Assembly: GCA_951406725.2 (NCBI GenBank)
Contig: OX597826.1
Location: forward strand, 6,758,001-6,822,000
Source: Octopus vulgaris
Taxonomy: Eukaryota
Direction: 5' to 3'
DNA length: 64,000 bases
The translations under genes were made by a program, and so were the position numbers. Below, piece by piece: positions 27,721 through 41,760 of the stretch. The notes beneath the pieces are model-generated. The model saw nothing but the letters and a program-made list of their open reading frames with translations, was not told the origin of the DNA and did no database searches. Every line of letters begins with the position of its first letter. Position 1 is the stretch's first letter.

Positions 27721-27865
27721 CCTCTTCTTTCTCTTCTTCCTCATCTTGTTCTTCTTCTATTCCTTCTATTTCTTCTTTTCCTTCTGCTGCTTCTTCTTCA
27801 TCTTCTTTTTCTTCTCCTTCTTCTTCGTGTTATCATTATTATTATTATTATTATTATCATTATTA

Positions 27866-27920
<55 letters not shown>

Positions 27921-28800
27921 CATTTCTTTCTTCTTATTTCCTTAGCTTAACACCATTATCATCTAATTCTTGCTTTTAACCTATTGAAGAATTTTATTCT
28001 TTGTCAGTTTTCATGTCATCTTTTCAATTTGTGATTATTAATTTTTTTTGTCTTTTTATTTATATATATGGTTTCCGCTTCTTATGTTCATCGTCATCAT
28101 CGTCGTCATCATCATCATCATCGTCGCCGTCATCGTCGTCATCGTCATCATCATCGTCGCCGTCATCGTCGTCATCGTCGTTTTCCTCATTGCCGTTATT
28201 ACCGTCTTCGCTCCGTCTCCGTTGCGGTTGTCGTCTGCGTCGTCGTCTCACCAATCACTAGCATCGTCGTCGTCGTCTTTGTCGTCATCATCATCATCAT
28301 CATCACCGTCATCGTCATCATCATAATCCTCATCACCATTACCGACGCCACCAACACCACCAACACCACAATCACCAACATCATCATCATCACCATCATC
28401 GTCATCATCGTCATCATCATCATAATCCTCATTTCCATTACCACCACCACCACCACAATCACCAACATCATCATCACCATCAGCAGCAGCGGTATTCACA
28501 TCATCTTCCTCAGCAGCAGGAAGCAGCAGTAGGGGCAGCAGCAGCAGGGCCGTCATTATTATAATTACATACTTCTCGCTAATCTCCTGTTTTGCTTCCG
28601 TTTCGCTTTTCTCTTCGTCGAATTTTTTCGCCGCTATTGATGTCTAGTTCATTTCTGTTTTTTTTTTTTTACTGTCGGTTGCTCTACTTACTTTATTATC
28701 ACTATTCCCATAACTACAACTGCTGCGCTTTTTCTGCCGCCCTACCACTACTACTACTACGACGACGATGACGATGATGGTGACGATGGCGACTAAGGTA
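26740..28800. repeat. Compound trinucleotide repeat field (TTA, TAG, CTA, TTG, TTC, TCA/TCG)
   Basis: Read directly; similar fields at 19435-19660, 50680-51590, 56480-56760, 59810-60480, 60780-61740 and 62415-62735. Confidence 0.95.
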
Positions 28801-29563
28801 ATAAATGCTATCACGATTTCAAGTACGATCGTAACCTACGTCACTTACTTGATATGGCCGTTTTCAAAAGAAATATGTCGTGCTTTCATCTAATTTGATA
28901 TTATCAAACAACGTCGGTGCATCAGCATGGCCGCAGCTCTGAGCTGAAACTCAAGAAATACAAAAAAACAAGCCCGAAATCAGTAAGCAAATGACGTATA
29001 CCTTTCTGAGGCGCACCATGTTGATAAGCAAGGAGAAGGTAATGCAGTGACCAGTTTGGTTTTGCCTAACATTAACATTTTCAGACATTTTGTTTTTCGT
29101 CGCTTAAGTCATTGTCTGCCAGTTAAGTTATGCTCATATACAAGAACTACTGCAGAGACAACCCAGTCACTTCAGAACTTTTTAATATCACGATGCACGT
29201 TAATCTAATCCGTATTCCCATATTCCTTCTTTTGTTGTTCTTGTTTTTATTTTTTTGCCACTGTTTCAATGGCTGTCTATAAATGTCACACAATAAAGTG
29301 CATGCGAACTTTTATTCTAGAATTGACTCTCCTGTTAACACGGTTTATGTTACTACTTCCACACCAACGATATATTGCGAGGGTATTTAGTTTAATCCAA
29401 CGGCTGGAAACAATCGACAACTTAGCCCTCGTGCAAAGCCCCGAGGTATGCAATTATGTCACGAAACATTATCTACACGAAGATATATAATGTACCCTTT
29501 ATAATATATCCTTGTCTGAGCAGAAAAAAGATGTAAAAGTTTTGTATCTATATATAACATTTT

Positions 29564-29866
29564 TCTTGCCCTTTTCAAGCCTAGCCAGGCTCATGCGCCC
29601 GGTTACACGGTGTCTGTGGCGTATTTCTTCCCCAAGTTGGACCTGACGCCATCCATCGCAGCGTTACTCAAGAAACAGGAAGAAGGAGTGAGAGAAGCTT
29701 GGGGCGAAAGAGCACAACAGGGGTCGCCACCAACCACTGCCGTAGCCTCGTGGAGCTCTAGGTGTTTTCGCTCAATAAACACACACAACGCCCGGTCTGG
29801 GAATCGAAACCGCGTTCCTCCGACTGCGAGTCCGCTGCCCTAACCACTGGGCCATTGCGCCTCCAC
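29564..29866 (-). mobile_element. Family-C SINE with 12-bp TSD
   Basis: TSD ATATAACATTTT at 29552-29563 and 29867-29878; A box TGGCCCAGTGG and B box GTTTCGATTCC. Confidence 0.9.
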
Positions 29867-30067
29867 ATATAACATTTTACTAGATTGTAAAAGACGTACG
29901 AGCCGGACTAGATAGTATGTTGCTTTAGAATTTCTTTGGCGACCAATGTTCTTCCAGATTGGCACCACTTACAAACCCACAATACGAGCGGCTTAAAAAT
30001 ATATTGGTAGGACTAATTTGCTTATATAATGTATCTGTAGCTCCGTAGCAGTTAGTTGCAGGTGAAA

Positions 30068-30750
30068 GAATACTATTTTATTTCAATGCAATTCTTTACT
30101 ATACAAGGCATTGACAGTGGCGTATCCATCATTTTAGTAGTTTATGCAAGATGGTAGTCTTAACGCAAAATGTGTTCGTATATAGAAAAGGAGCATTCTT
30201 TGATCTTTGGTAGGAATTTTTGCGGAACCTAATTACTTTTTCAACTTCCTAAATATACTGCTTATAAATCCACTATTTTCTGCACTCCAGTGCACAAATA
30301 CAGTGTTATTTTTTATTAAAAAATAACACTGTAATCCCACCTGTTTTGTCAAGTCAAACTTTGATACGTGTAACACACATGATACAAGTTATTTAAATAT
30401 AATGGTAAGACTAATCTGCATACATAAGGCATCCGTAGTTTCATAGTAGTGAGTAGTAGATAATACTGTTTTATTTCAATGCTATCCTGTATTATACAAT
30501 GTAGTAAAAATGGCGTTTACATCACTTTAAGCTTAGAGGTGTAGCTGGTTTAATCCTAAATATATATTTATATCCAAAAGAAGCGAAATCAATCGACATT
30601 TTTTATATCGTTGGTTGGAATTTTCCAGTAATTAAGTACCTCTTTAACTGCCTAGATATATTACTTATAAATCCACTATTTTGTATACTCTAGTATTTAT
30701 AAATGACACTGGAATCCCGTTAATTTGTTAATTAAAAACTTTGACATATA
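30068..30750. repeat. Old tandem duplication, unit about 395 bp
   Basis: Shared anchors AATACT.TTTTATTTCAATGC, CTTATAAATCCACTATTTT and ACACTG.AATCCC..AAACTTTGA in both units. Confidence 0.8.
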
Positions 30751-31479
30751 TCTTAATCATGCTAATTGTTTCATCCAGTTTTCTTGGTCCCTAATATGAG
30801 CGCTCTCACAAACAGAGATTCTGTAAGTTAGTACAAATGCTACTCAGCTACTAATGAATCCCCAACATAGGACTGAAACCTGTGTATTTGATATTTATTT
30901 CTCTGTCTTTGAAAATATTGTAAACAAGGTGTTTGCATCAGGCTGTACATATATTATAGCGTTCAAATAATTTACTTTTAACGCATCGATAATTAGTTTA
31001 TGAAGTCCCGTATAACCCGAACAGACAGGAAAATCTCGCCTAGAATCATCGTAATAGTTGTTCAACTGATCAAAACTGACATTTGACTTGTGGTTCCGTT
31101 TTGATTAAAATGTTGAATGATCAATAATAAAAACAAATTGACAGGACAGAATTATTTTCCACAATGTATATTTATAGGACCACGCGATTTTATATAAATA
31201 ATATACAATTTGTTGTATGCACATGATGTGTGCAAATTAAGAAATAATGAAATTGTCGCAAAATAAGAGTTGGAATATATAAATTTACGATATAGTGTCT
31301 AGCAGCAAAAACGATAGTTTCTTAGAAAATTGAGGGATGACAAATATCTCATGGAACGTATTACGTGATACAAAAGCTTCCACCCGGAAGAGGGATGTTC
31401 CCTTCCGAGTGATGAACTTCAGGTTTTGATGAGCTCCACCAAATATCCTAGAATATAGTATGGGACATGAAGAATCCGA

Positions 31480-31597
31480 AATAGTTCCGGGTTCAGTCCC
31501 ATTGAGTAGAACCTTGGGCAAGTCTCTACTATAGTCTCAGGCCGAGCAGAGGTTTGTGAGTAGTTTTGGTAGAAGAAATCTGAAAGAAACACATCCT

Positions 31598-31644
<47 letters not shown>

Positions 31645-31872
31645 TATGTGTGTGTGTGTGTGTGCGTGTGTATGTTTGTCCCCTGCCACTGCTTGACGAC
31701 TGGTATTGTTATGTTTACGTCCCCGTAAATTAGCAGTTCAACCAAAGAAACCGATATTACAAATACCAGGCTTAAAAGGAAGGTAAGTGCAGGAAGCGAT
31801 TAGTTCGACTAAAATTCCTCAAGACGGTGCCCCAGCATGGCCGTAGTCTATTGACTGAAACAATTAAAAGAT
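31480..31872 (+). mobile_element. Family-A SINE
   Basis: GTTCCGGGTTCAGTCCCA head, internal (TA)/(TG), GGTGCCCCAGCATGGCCG..GACTGAAAC tail. Confidence 0.85.
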
Positions 31873-32118
31873 GAAATTTTACAACGCCTATCAAAATTCA
31901 ACGTCAAAGAGGATTGATTAAAAATATTATCAGTAGATGTGTTAAGAGACTCCAAGGCTAAAGACTGAATTAACTCTGGTCAATATAACTAAGTATACTA
32001 ATGATATTCGCCTGGACTTTGGACTTTCAAACCTGAATATTTTACGTTCCAATTCGAGAATTGCTTACGTAATACATTCTTCCCATTTCCAAGACTGAGT
32101 AATATATTTGACAGCCCA

Positions 32119-32333
32119 TAAGGCGGCAAGCTGGCTGAATCGTTAACAAACCGGGCGAAATACTTAGAAGTATTTCGCCTGCCGCTACATTCTGAGTTCA
32201 AATTCAGCCGTGGTCGACTTTGCCTTTCATCATTTCGGAGTCGATTAAATAAGTACCAGTTACGCACTTAATCCATTTGTCTGTCCTTCTTTGTCCTCTC
32301 TGTGTTTAGCCCCTTGTGTGTAGTAAAGAAATA
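32119..32333 (+). mobile_element. Family-B SINE
   Basis: AAGGCGGCAAGCTGGCTGAATCGTTA..GAGTTCAAATTC..AGCCCCTTGTG..TAAAGAAAT. Confidence 0.88.
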
Positions 32334-33113
32334 ATATATATATAACAGCCCTTCCAATTGTTCCTGTTGATACTTTAATGACAGCTTTCAATCGCAGGTA
32401 ACATTTACTACAATCTTTTATGCCAACTGCCAAACGATACTTAAAAATAAAGAACCTAAAAAAGACGGATTGCAAATCACAAATAAGAGGCTTGCAGTGA
32501 ATTTGAACTTCCGCAGCAGTTCATAATCTAATTTCATATTCATTCGATATTTGCATCTCTACCCAGCACGATATTGTGAAGTTGAAGAAACCACATATAG
32601 ATTGAGAGAATGCACGGCCATAATCTCACAAACATACACCTTATTATTGCTAGAAATCTATTTACGCTGAGTTTTATCAAAACCGATATTAGTGTTTGAA
32701 GCTAAAACACAAAATCATTAACATGTAAGAAATTCTTACGTATATTAATGACATTTACTTTTCTCTAGAGAAGCAACAATAAATAATTTCGTTACCAATA
32801 TCTGTGACAATTTTAATTAGGCAAAAGAAATGAAAATTGCAGTTAAACAATGGCTACGACTTTCACAGTAATCCTGTTAACACGTTTTTACGAAACTGTA
32901 GAAATATCGTTAAACTTGGATTCATTAATACATGTTTGTATTTTTCCTAATTTTTGTTTCTTCCATGATCGCTATATGTCACTTTATGCACAGTGATTCA
33001 CTAAGAATTAAATAGCTGGCAACGAAATATTTTATTCAAAATTTTGAGACAACGGATTTATATGAGGAGATATTCATATAACTTTTAATTTGTTTATTAT
33101 TTTCTAACGGGAA

Positions 33114-33510
33114 AGCACTAAGCTGGCAGAATCGTTAGCACGCCAGGCGAAATGCTTAGTGGTATTTCGTCAGCCGTTACGTTCTGAGTTCAAATTCCGC
33201 CGTGGTCGACTTCGCCTTTCAACCTTTCGGGGTCGATTAATTAAGTACCAGTCACGCACTGGGGTCGATATAATCGACTTAATCTGTTTGTCTGTCCTTG
33301 CTTGTCCTCTGTGTGTGTAGCCCCTTGTGAGTAGTAAAGAAATAGGTATTTCGCCCATCACAACCTTTTGAGTTCAACTTCCGCCGAGGTGGACATTGCC
33401 TTTCATCCTTTAGGGGTCGATAAATTAAGTACCAGTTGCGTAATGTGGTCGATGTAATCGACTACTCCCTTCTCTCAAAATCTCAAGGCCTTGTGTCTTC
33501 AGTAGAAAAG
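33114..33510 (+). mobile_element. Dimeric family-B SINE with one 18-bp TSD
   Basis: Two tandem bodies (33114-33343 and 33344-33510) flanked by ATTATTTTCT(A/T)ACGGGAA at 33096-33113 and 33511-33528. Confidence 0.85.
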
Positions 33511-34616
33511 ATTATTTTCTTACGGGAATTGTATAACCAAGAACTAAACGAAATCTTCGGTTGTAACCGATTTCAAATGCATTGCTATATCTTATAGAGA
33601 TATATTTTCTCCAAACTGCAAGTGCATCTCCGCCAAACCTTTTCTAAATATCTATCTATCTAACTGCCTATACATACATACATTCATATATATATATACA
33701 GAGAGAAAAAGAGTGAGAGATGAATATATACATAAGATATACATATGTTATTGAAAAATTTCAAAATTAACTCAAATTTAATTTGAAAAACGAGAAGAAA
33801 ATCAGAGAACGATTTTTCAGTAGTAACACATTTCAACTTCGAAACCTGAAGCTAGTGTTACAAGGTTTCATAAATATATTGATGAATTTGTATTTACGTG
33901 AAATTTCAAAAGAAACATTGTGAAATCTAATTATCTTCACTCTAACAGAATGGCTTTTCCAATGGAATGTCGCAAATGTCGGTTTACTGTGTTCTTCAAC
34001 ATTTCAAGATCTAATCGTATATATTTGATTATTTCATTTCTGTTTTTTTTTTTGTTTTGTTTTGTTTTCCTATTTCGGATTAATATTTTACACTAAACGA
34101 AACAGAGTTAACACCGAAAACAGATTTTGAAAAGAAAAATATATATATATATTATAAATGAAATATAAATAAATTGTAAATATTTAAATTATAAGTTTTG
34201 CAAAGGAACAGCATTATTCCAGCCTGTGGTATATAATTTTCATAACCGATATCTAATACATAAATACGCTGGACTCCCGAAGGCACTCGTCAAGTTAGAT
34301 ATTATTTCGATATTCTAATTGGTGTGTTTTCCTTTATCTTACAATGAAACTGTACTTACAAATTCCATTATATGCAAGATCCAACACAATTTTCCTCTTG
34401 CTTCTTGCCTTTTGCTTCTTCCCCTGCTTCGTATTCATAATTCTTACTCATTTATTTCTTTTTTTTTTCTACATTCCAATATTTTCTCATTCCCCTCTTC
34501 GTTTATCTCCTCTTTTGAACATATATTCTATTACTCAAACATCAATGAATTATTTGCCTCACTTGTAGAAAAGTTTTTTTTGTATGTATATCCGTGTATG
34601 CCTATATGCGCATATG

Positions 34617-34666
<50 letters not shown>

Positions 34667-35159
34667 CAAAGAATTTTATTCAACTCCCTGCGACTTAAAG
34701 TTTCGCGGGTCTCTAACAGAAGCTCATCTCATTCAGGCTAAGTTCGGTAATCTAAGACTGAAAGAGACGCGCCTCCATCAGAGACATGCGAAATTTTGAG
34801 TCACATAGAAACTATTCAAAATGTTTTAGATAATACGGATAACTACTACTAAATATTTTGAGTGCCTTTTCCTTTCGTTTGTCCACTCACTTACAAACGT
34901 GGGGATGGTGCTCACATGTGTGTGTTTTTTGTATGTTTCTGTGTGTGTATATATGTGTATGCATGAATGTAGGAATAAATATATACGTATATAATATATA
35001 AAATTGATATAAAGAGCAGTTTCAAATGCTTCACCAAAAAGGAGAATTATAAATGTCACTAAGAGTGAGTAGGGTGTTAGGAAACACCTACATTGCTAGA
35101 GATAAGAGCTAAACTGCTGTAATGATGTAGTTAACTCACAAAAATGAAAAGATATCTAC

Positions 35160-35370
35160 TAACAGGGACCATAATCGTCCGAAAACTGGCAATCGAGAAT
35201 TCCTAATACAGACGTCAGTTTCGGCAATTTCCTTCGCCTCATCGGTTCTCCTTTTTAATGAAACATTCCAAACTGCTGTTTATATCAATTTTATATATAC
35301 ATATTACCGAATCGACGTCAGTATCGGGAATTCTTGTTCGGCACTTTTCGAACGATTATGGTCCCTGTTA
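35160..35370. mobile_element. Inverted pair of HHR-bearing termini, family H3
   Basis: 35161-35225 is inverted at 35306-35369. Minus strand from 35245 down to 35207 reads CCGAUGA-GGC-loop-GCC-GAAA-CUGACGUCUG-UA. Confidence 0.7.
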
Positions 35371-35374
35371 CTGT

Positions 35375-36057
35375 ACATGTTTTCATTCATGTGATCACTC
35401 TAAACACCATGCCGTTGATTGGACGTTTCATTTTTATGACTCTCGGTTCATGTTTTGGGGACAAGCCATCTGATACTGGCAGAAATTTTTCTCGCTTGAG
35501 AAAAGCCAAAACATGTTGGAGAGATGCTTGAGTTTCTGAAAAGGCTTGTAATAGATGACTGGAGGTAAGAATTGGCCCTTTCTCATCTTGTATGAGGAAT
35601 ACAGAATGTCTTCATGCACTGCCGGCCTGATAAGAAACTCAGACACTCCCATATCGCAGGCAATGTACCTGACTGACATCGAGGGATCGTTGCCAAAAAT
35701 GGTCTGGATCTCAACAAAAAAATTCCGGTGGTTTTTTTTCTTATCAGAATGGGCAGAGTGAGTTTCCGGAGCTGCCGTACATTCATAATCACCATTAGAC
35801 TCATCCATCTCTTTTCGAATCCACTACACTGTCCAAACATTTACAATTGTTCGTATCGGCGATTCCGGTGCGAACACCAAGTAGTACAGCATGTCGTTTC
35901 TAAATTTGTGGCAGAATGAATTGAGTTTTTGTGTTGGTTTTCTCAAAGAAGGTGCCCAACTGACCCTACTATATTGTGATATTGTGTAGTCAACAAAATC
36001 AAAATCAAACTGCGCGATATTAAAAATGTAAAATGGCGACAATTTATCCATCACTCA

Positions 36058-36060
<3 letters not shown>
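35375..36060 (-). mobile_element. Tc1/mariner transposon 5' half (TIR plus decayed transposase)
   Basis: Begins TA|CAGTGAGTGATGG at 36060. HTH segment NDPSMSVRYIACDMGVSEFLIR..HEDI.YSSYKMRKGQFL, WLFSSEKNFCQ (from FSDEKxF), then KMKRPINGMVFRVIT. Confidence 0.88.
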
Positions 36061-36138
<78 letters not shown>

Positions 36139-36821
36139 CATTCATACATATATACACACACGCGCATATGTACAGACATACACACACACATCAAGACATT
36201 AAAAACAATGAATAGAGCATCCTTAAAAGCTTGTTCATTAAAGCATTATATATATATTCACTTCAATTCTCTGTCCGACACGTGTTTCTATTGCATAGCT
36301 ATAGTAGGCTCTGGCATTCAATTGCATCCTTTTGGTTGAATTGAATTATGAATTCATCCAATGTGTGCGTATCTATGCAAATGTATTGAAGGTACTACCA
36401 CAAGGTCTCTGCAGCACTCTGAAGAGTTCGGTGTTTCATAGTCTTAACCATGATATACTTTTGGGGAGGGGTCGTGTATTTAGGGCAGAGGATAGGAGCG
36501 GTTGCTGAGGAATACGATGGTGCAATAAATTCTGTTTTCATTTAAAACTAGTGTAAAGTTTAACTTCTTAAAAGCAGGAGACTTATTAGTCAAGGAAGTG
36601 TAATTTGATCAAGATACCTTTCGCCCACAGGCCACTCTATGATTGGGGTAGAAGAGATTTTCAAAACAAACAGATGTTTTAAGAGTAATTGAGAGAGCAG
36701 GGACTTATTTGAAGATAAAATCATTTAAGTTGGTTAGAGTTTACATTTAGATTGTTAAAATATAACTATAAAAAATCTAAAATTAGAGCCTAGGTAATTC
36801 TTTCTCGTAAACTGAGAAAAC

Positions 36822-37180
36822 CGTGGCAAAGTGGTAAGAAGTTTGCTTCCCAAACAAAGGGTTCCGGGTTCAGTCCCTCTATGTACAACCGTCGGCAAGT
36901 GTTTTCTAATATAGCCTCGGGCTAACCAACTCTTGTGAGTTGATTTCATAGAAGGCTTGTGGTATGTGTGTGTGTGTTCTTTTATCTCTGTCTCTTACTA
37001 CAGCTTGACAACCGGTGTTGGTGTGTTTACGTCCCCAAAATTTAGCGGTTCGGGGAAAAGGATAGATTAATCACCAAGCTTCGAAGAAAATTAGTGCTGG
37101 GGTCGATTCATTCGACTAAAAACTATAAAACGCGATTCTCCCCCATGGCCGCAGTCTAATGATTGAATCAAGTAAAAGAA
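36822..37180 (+). mobile_element. Family-A SINE
   Basis: GTGGTAAGAAGTTTGCTTCCCAA..GGTTCCGGGTTCAGTCCC head and CATGGCCGCAGTC..AAGTAAAAGA tail. Confidence 0.85.
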
Positions 37181-37204
37181 TATACACACACATACTCACA
37201 CAGC

Positions 37205-37236
<32 letters not shown>

Positions 37237-37301
37237 TACAGAGAGAGAGAGAGAGAGATGTGTCTTTGTATGCATGTATGTATATGTAATATATATATAT
37301 G

Positions 37302-37415
<114 letters not shown>

Positions 37416-38973
37416 TATGTATGTTCATTTGAAATATTTATTTATCGGTCAATTGTCTAACGAATAATATATTAATGTCGCTTCTATAAAATATAATACA
37501 TAATGTCTAAAGTTTCGTTTTATAGTTTGGCATTCGATTGTCTAATGAATATATTTTGTGCCTTTAATAGATTATGTTTTCGTTGGACTTCCATAGATTA
37601 TCAGTTAATTGTCATATTATGCAAATTAGAACTTCGACCTAATTCATAGTAGAAAGCGTTTGCTACAAGCGTAACATTAACACAAACGTAGCAGAGTAAA
37701 TAATTCAGATTATGTATGTGTATATGTGTATGTATGTATGGTTACAACAAACGCACGCACACATACACACGCATATATATTTATTTATCAGTATGTATAT
37801 AAATATCTTATCAATATATACTTTTCATACAACACTGAATTGAAATAACGTCGAGTATACATGCTCATATCACGAAGAACAACAATAACTGTAACATGAA
37901 TATTTCGTCTCAGAGAAACAGAAAGTCCCTTTGGAGTTGTGTGACCCAGATGAAATATATGGTTCCATTATATTTCTGTTAAACCTTCCAATCCTCTAAT
38001 CAAGACGTAGTTTTTTGTGTATCATCGGGGAAGAAGTTATTAACAATTATCCAGTCAACATCAGAACCAGCTGTACTATGGGCTCGACATTATTTACTTA
38101 CCTGTACCAGAGCCTTCTGGGCTAATTCCAGAATTTGAAACCAGTTATCCAATCAAATGTTTTCTTAACTAAAGACCATCGTAGGAACCTCGAATAAAAT
38201 AAATTTTGCTGTCCCAGCATGGTCGCAGTATAATGACTGAAAAATGTAAACGGTAAAAGATTAAAAACTTTATGAATTGATTTCAGCTCCGCGTTTTTTT
38301 CAGCCATCTGAAGTCGATAAAGTAAAGTACGAGCCAACATGGAGAGATCCCTTATCTTTAACTAATCTCACCCTATAGCTTCTGGTTTTTCCCGATATTT
38401 TGCATGAGTACATTCATCAAATATTTTGTGCTCGAAGGACTCACAATTTCTTCGTCCGTTTATCTTGGGCTATATGAATATACATGCACGCAGGCATATG
38501 TATTTTCCTTTCCTCCTCTGAACTTCTGATAAACAATACAAATGTGATCTCGACGTTTTATTCAATTTCAGAATGATTTACAAAGATGCTTATTCATGAT
38601 ATGCCTAAAAGTATAACGTGTTGCCTGGTAAGTAAGCTAAAAATTATAATACCTACAAATAAAATAAATTCCATGCACTTTCTTGGTATTATATACAGAA
38701 GAAATATAAATAAATGTTTATAAAATAACAAGGAAATATTATTAGATTTTACAGTGGAGAAAAATCTATGCAAAAAATAGGTTTAAACTTTTAAACTCTA
38801 TATTTACTTACATTCCGACACTATTCTTTGTCTCACATTTTATTGTTTACCATCTTGTCTTTCTGGCTCTTCAATTACATTCTCACTTTCTCTCTCTTTC
38901 TATCTATCTATCTATATATCTATCTATCTGTCTATCTATCTATCAATATTTCTATCTGTATGTATGTATATAC

Positions 38974-39073
<100 letters not shown>

Positions 39074-39124
39074 CTTACACTCAACACAGTAACAGACACT
39101 GCCTCCACACATGTATGCATATAT

Positions 39125-39176
<52 letters not shown>

Positions 39177-40076
39177 CAATAAACATATTTATTTTTATAT
39201 GTGTGTGTATGCATTTGTGAATTTGTGTATCATGCTCATAGATACGCTCACACACACATATATATATATACATACATATGTATGTGTATATATATAGATA
39301 TACACATGTATATTCGTTTACATATAAATATATACATATATACATACGTTTACTTATATACACGTATATATATATATATATATATATATTAACCCGCATA
39401 CACGCACACACACGCACACACGCACACATACACATACACATATTACACCACATATTTTTGTTTTCTCTACACATAAATAAATACAGACTTTTCCCTTTCT
39501 AAATTATTTTCTGCCAAATTATATATTCCCTTGAAATGTTTTATTCAATTCTTATTTTCTCAAAGTCGTCTCGTGAATATTTATTCTATTTAACATTTCA
39601 GATTTTTGCTACTATTTTTATTTTTCTGTTCTGATTTATCTCTTTACTATTGTTTTTTTTTTTTCGCTACAAGTTTATAAAAACTGATTGACTGTTGTAT
39701 GTTTGCTGTTGTTATTATTAGTATTACAAATGGTGACCAATTGTTGAATGTGGAAAATTGATTTGTGTATATGTATATATAGATACACACACACAGACAC
39801 ACACACACACACGCATACTTACATACAGACATAAATACATACGTACACATGTATACATATATATATATAGATACATAGATGCATACACACATATATATAT
39901 ATACATATATGTATACATTGGGTGAGAGAAAGATGTGCGTACACATCTGTATATATATATATAAATACATTATATATATGTATATATATGTATGTGTGTA
40001 TATAAACACATATATATGCATACGTATATGTCTATATATACATATGGATATATATGTGCATATATAGATGCATATG

Positions 40077-40108
<32 letters not shown>

Positions 40109-40161
40109 CACATATATGTACATATATATATATATACACACATATATATATACATACATAC

Positions 40162-40207
<46 letters not shown>

Positions 40208-41529
40208 TACATATGCTTACACATTATGTTGTCGATATTTTGATATAAACAGAGTCTCCCCGTTCACAAAGATGGGAGCAACTCACTACACACCACTATC
40301 TATCCTCTGAATTATAAATCTGATACTTTACTCTCTAGCGAATATAGATATAAATGCTTACAGACATTGAGTGTCATACTAGCTTGAGACTGTTGTTAAC
40401 TTGACGAGATTCACAATCTTTATTTCTTTACACTGCCCGGCACTGGGAACGCATTCTTACATTGACTCCCATACCAGCAGAGAAGGCTTTATTTTCAATA
40501 GTTATATTTTACAATGATAGGTGTGGCTGTGTGATAAGTAGCTTACTTCGTAAGCACATGTGGTGGTCCCACATGGGGTTTGCTTCCCATCAACGCTTGG
40601 CACTCGGGGTTGGTGTATTTACATCGCCGTAACTTGGCAGAGGTTTGTTTGGTCTTAGACTATAATAGAATAAACGTGCTCAAAGGCGCCACGCAGTAAG
40701 ACTGAAACCAGAATTATGCGGTCGGAAAGCTAGATTTTTAACAGATAGTCACAATTTCCGCCTGCGAAATTCATTCACAATGCATTGGAAGAACCGGGGT
40801 TATAATAACAGTGGTCTACTTTGCTCATGGTACCGAGCAGTGTCACTGAACAGAAAAGCAAATCGAGCTTCGGTCTTCTTCTCTCTCTTCTTCCAATTAA
40901 ATGACTAACAATATCTACTTGTTCACAACTTTTCGGCATTGTTGGCCTTCTTCAAGTAGCTTCTTTCTCTTAGATTCGAACAGCTGTCTTAATAAGCTAA
41001 ATTGAATCTGTATTTCTAAATAAATGAGCAGCTTATTCTTTTAAATTTGTGTTAATCATTTTACGATTCTAAGTTCAGCTTCTAAGATTTTTTTTTAAAT
41101 ACTTACCATTCTTCGATGCCGTAAAGGTAGGACCGCCTTCAAAGTTCAAATGCCACCGAAGTCGACTTTACCGATCGGCCTCTCAGGGTTGATAACATCC
41201 ATGTCTTTGTCCCAAAATTTGAAATCATATCTATCATTCTCTTTCTCTTGTAACTCATGCTAATTTACATCGATTAAAATGGTTTCCTCTGTTGATGGTT
41301 GCTTGTCCCCTTGCTGGCCTTGATTTCAAAACAATATGATGTTTCTTTAACGGTGTGTATATTAACGTTTGAACAGATTGACTGTTTATCAGTTCATCAT
41401 TTCAAGTCTCGAACTATCTTCAACTACCTCTGGGCAAATCGCATGAAGTTTAATTGCCTCCTTACTACTAAAGATGTGTACGGATCTCTGACTTTGTCAA
41501 TTACGTGTTTAATATAATTTAACATCCAC

Positions 41530-41760
41530 GCTGCGAGCTGGCAGAATCGTTAGTACGCTAGGCAAAATACTTAGTAGAATTTCGTCCATTTTTACGTTCT
41601 GAGTTCAAATTCCGCTGTGGTTGACTTTGTCATTCAGCCTTCTGGTATAGATAATTACCACTCGAGCACTGGATTCGATTGCATCAATTTAAACCCTAGC
41701 CTTGCAGGGTTTAAATTGATAAGAACTTGCTGACCCTGTGCCAAATTTTGAAACCACTAT
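41530..41760 (+). mobile_element. Family-B SINE containing a 15-bp perfect hairpin
   Basis: GCGAGCTGGCAGAATCGTTAG head; ATCAATTTAAACCCT/AGGGTTTAAATTGAT at 41683-41720. Confidence 0.82.
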
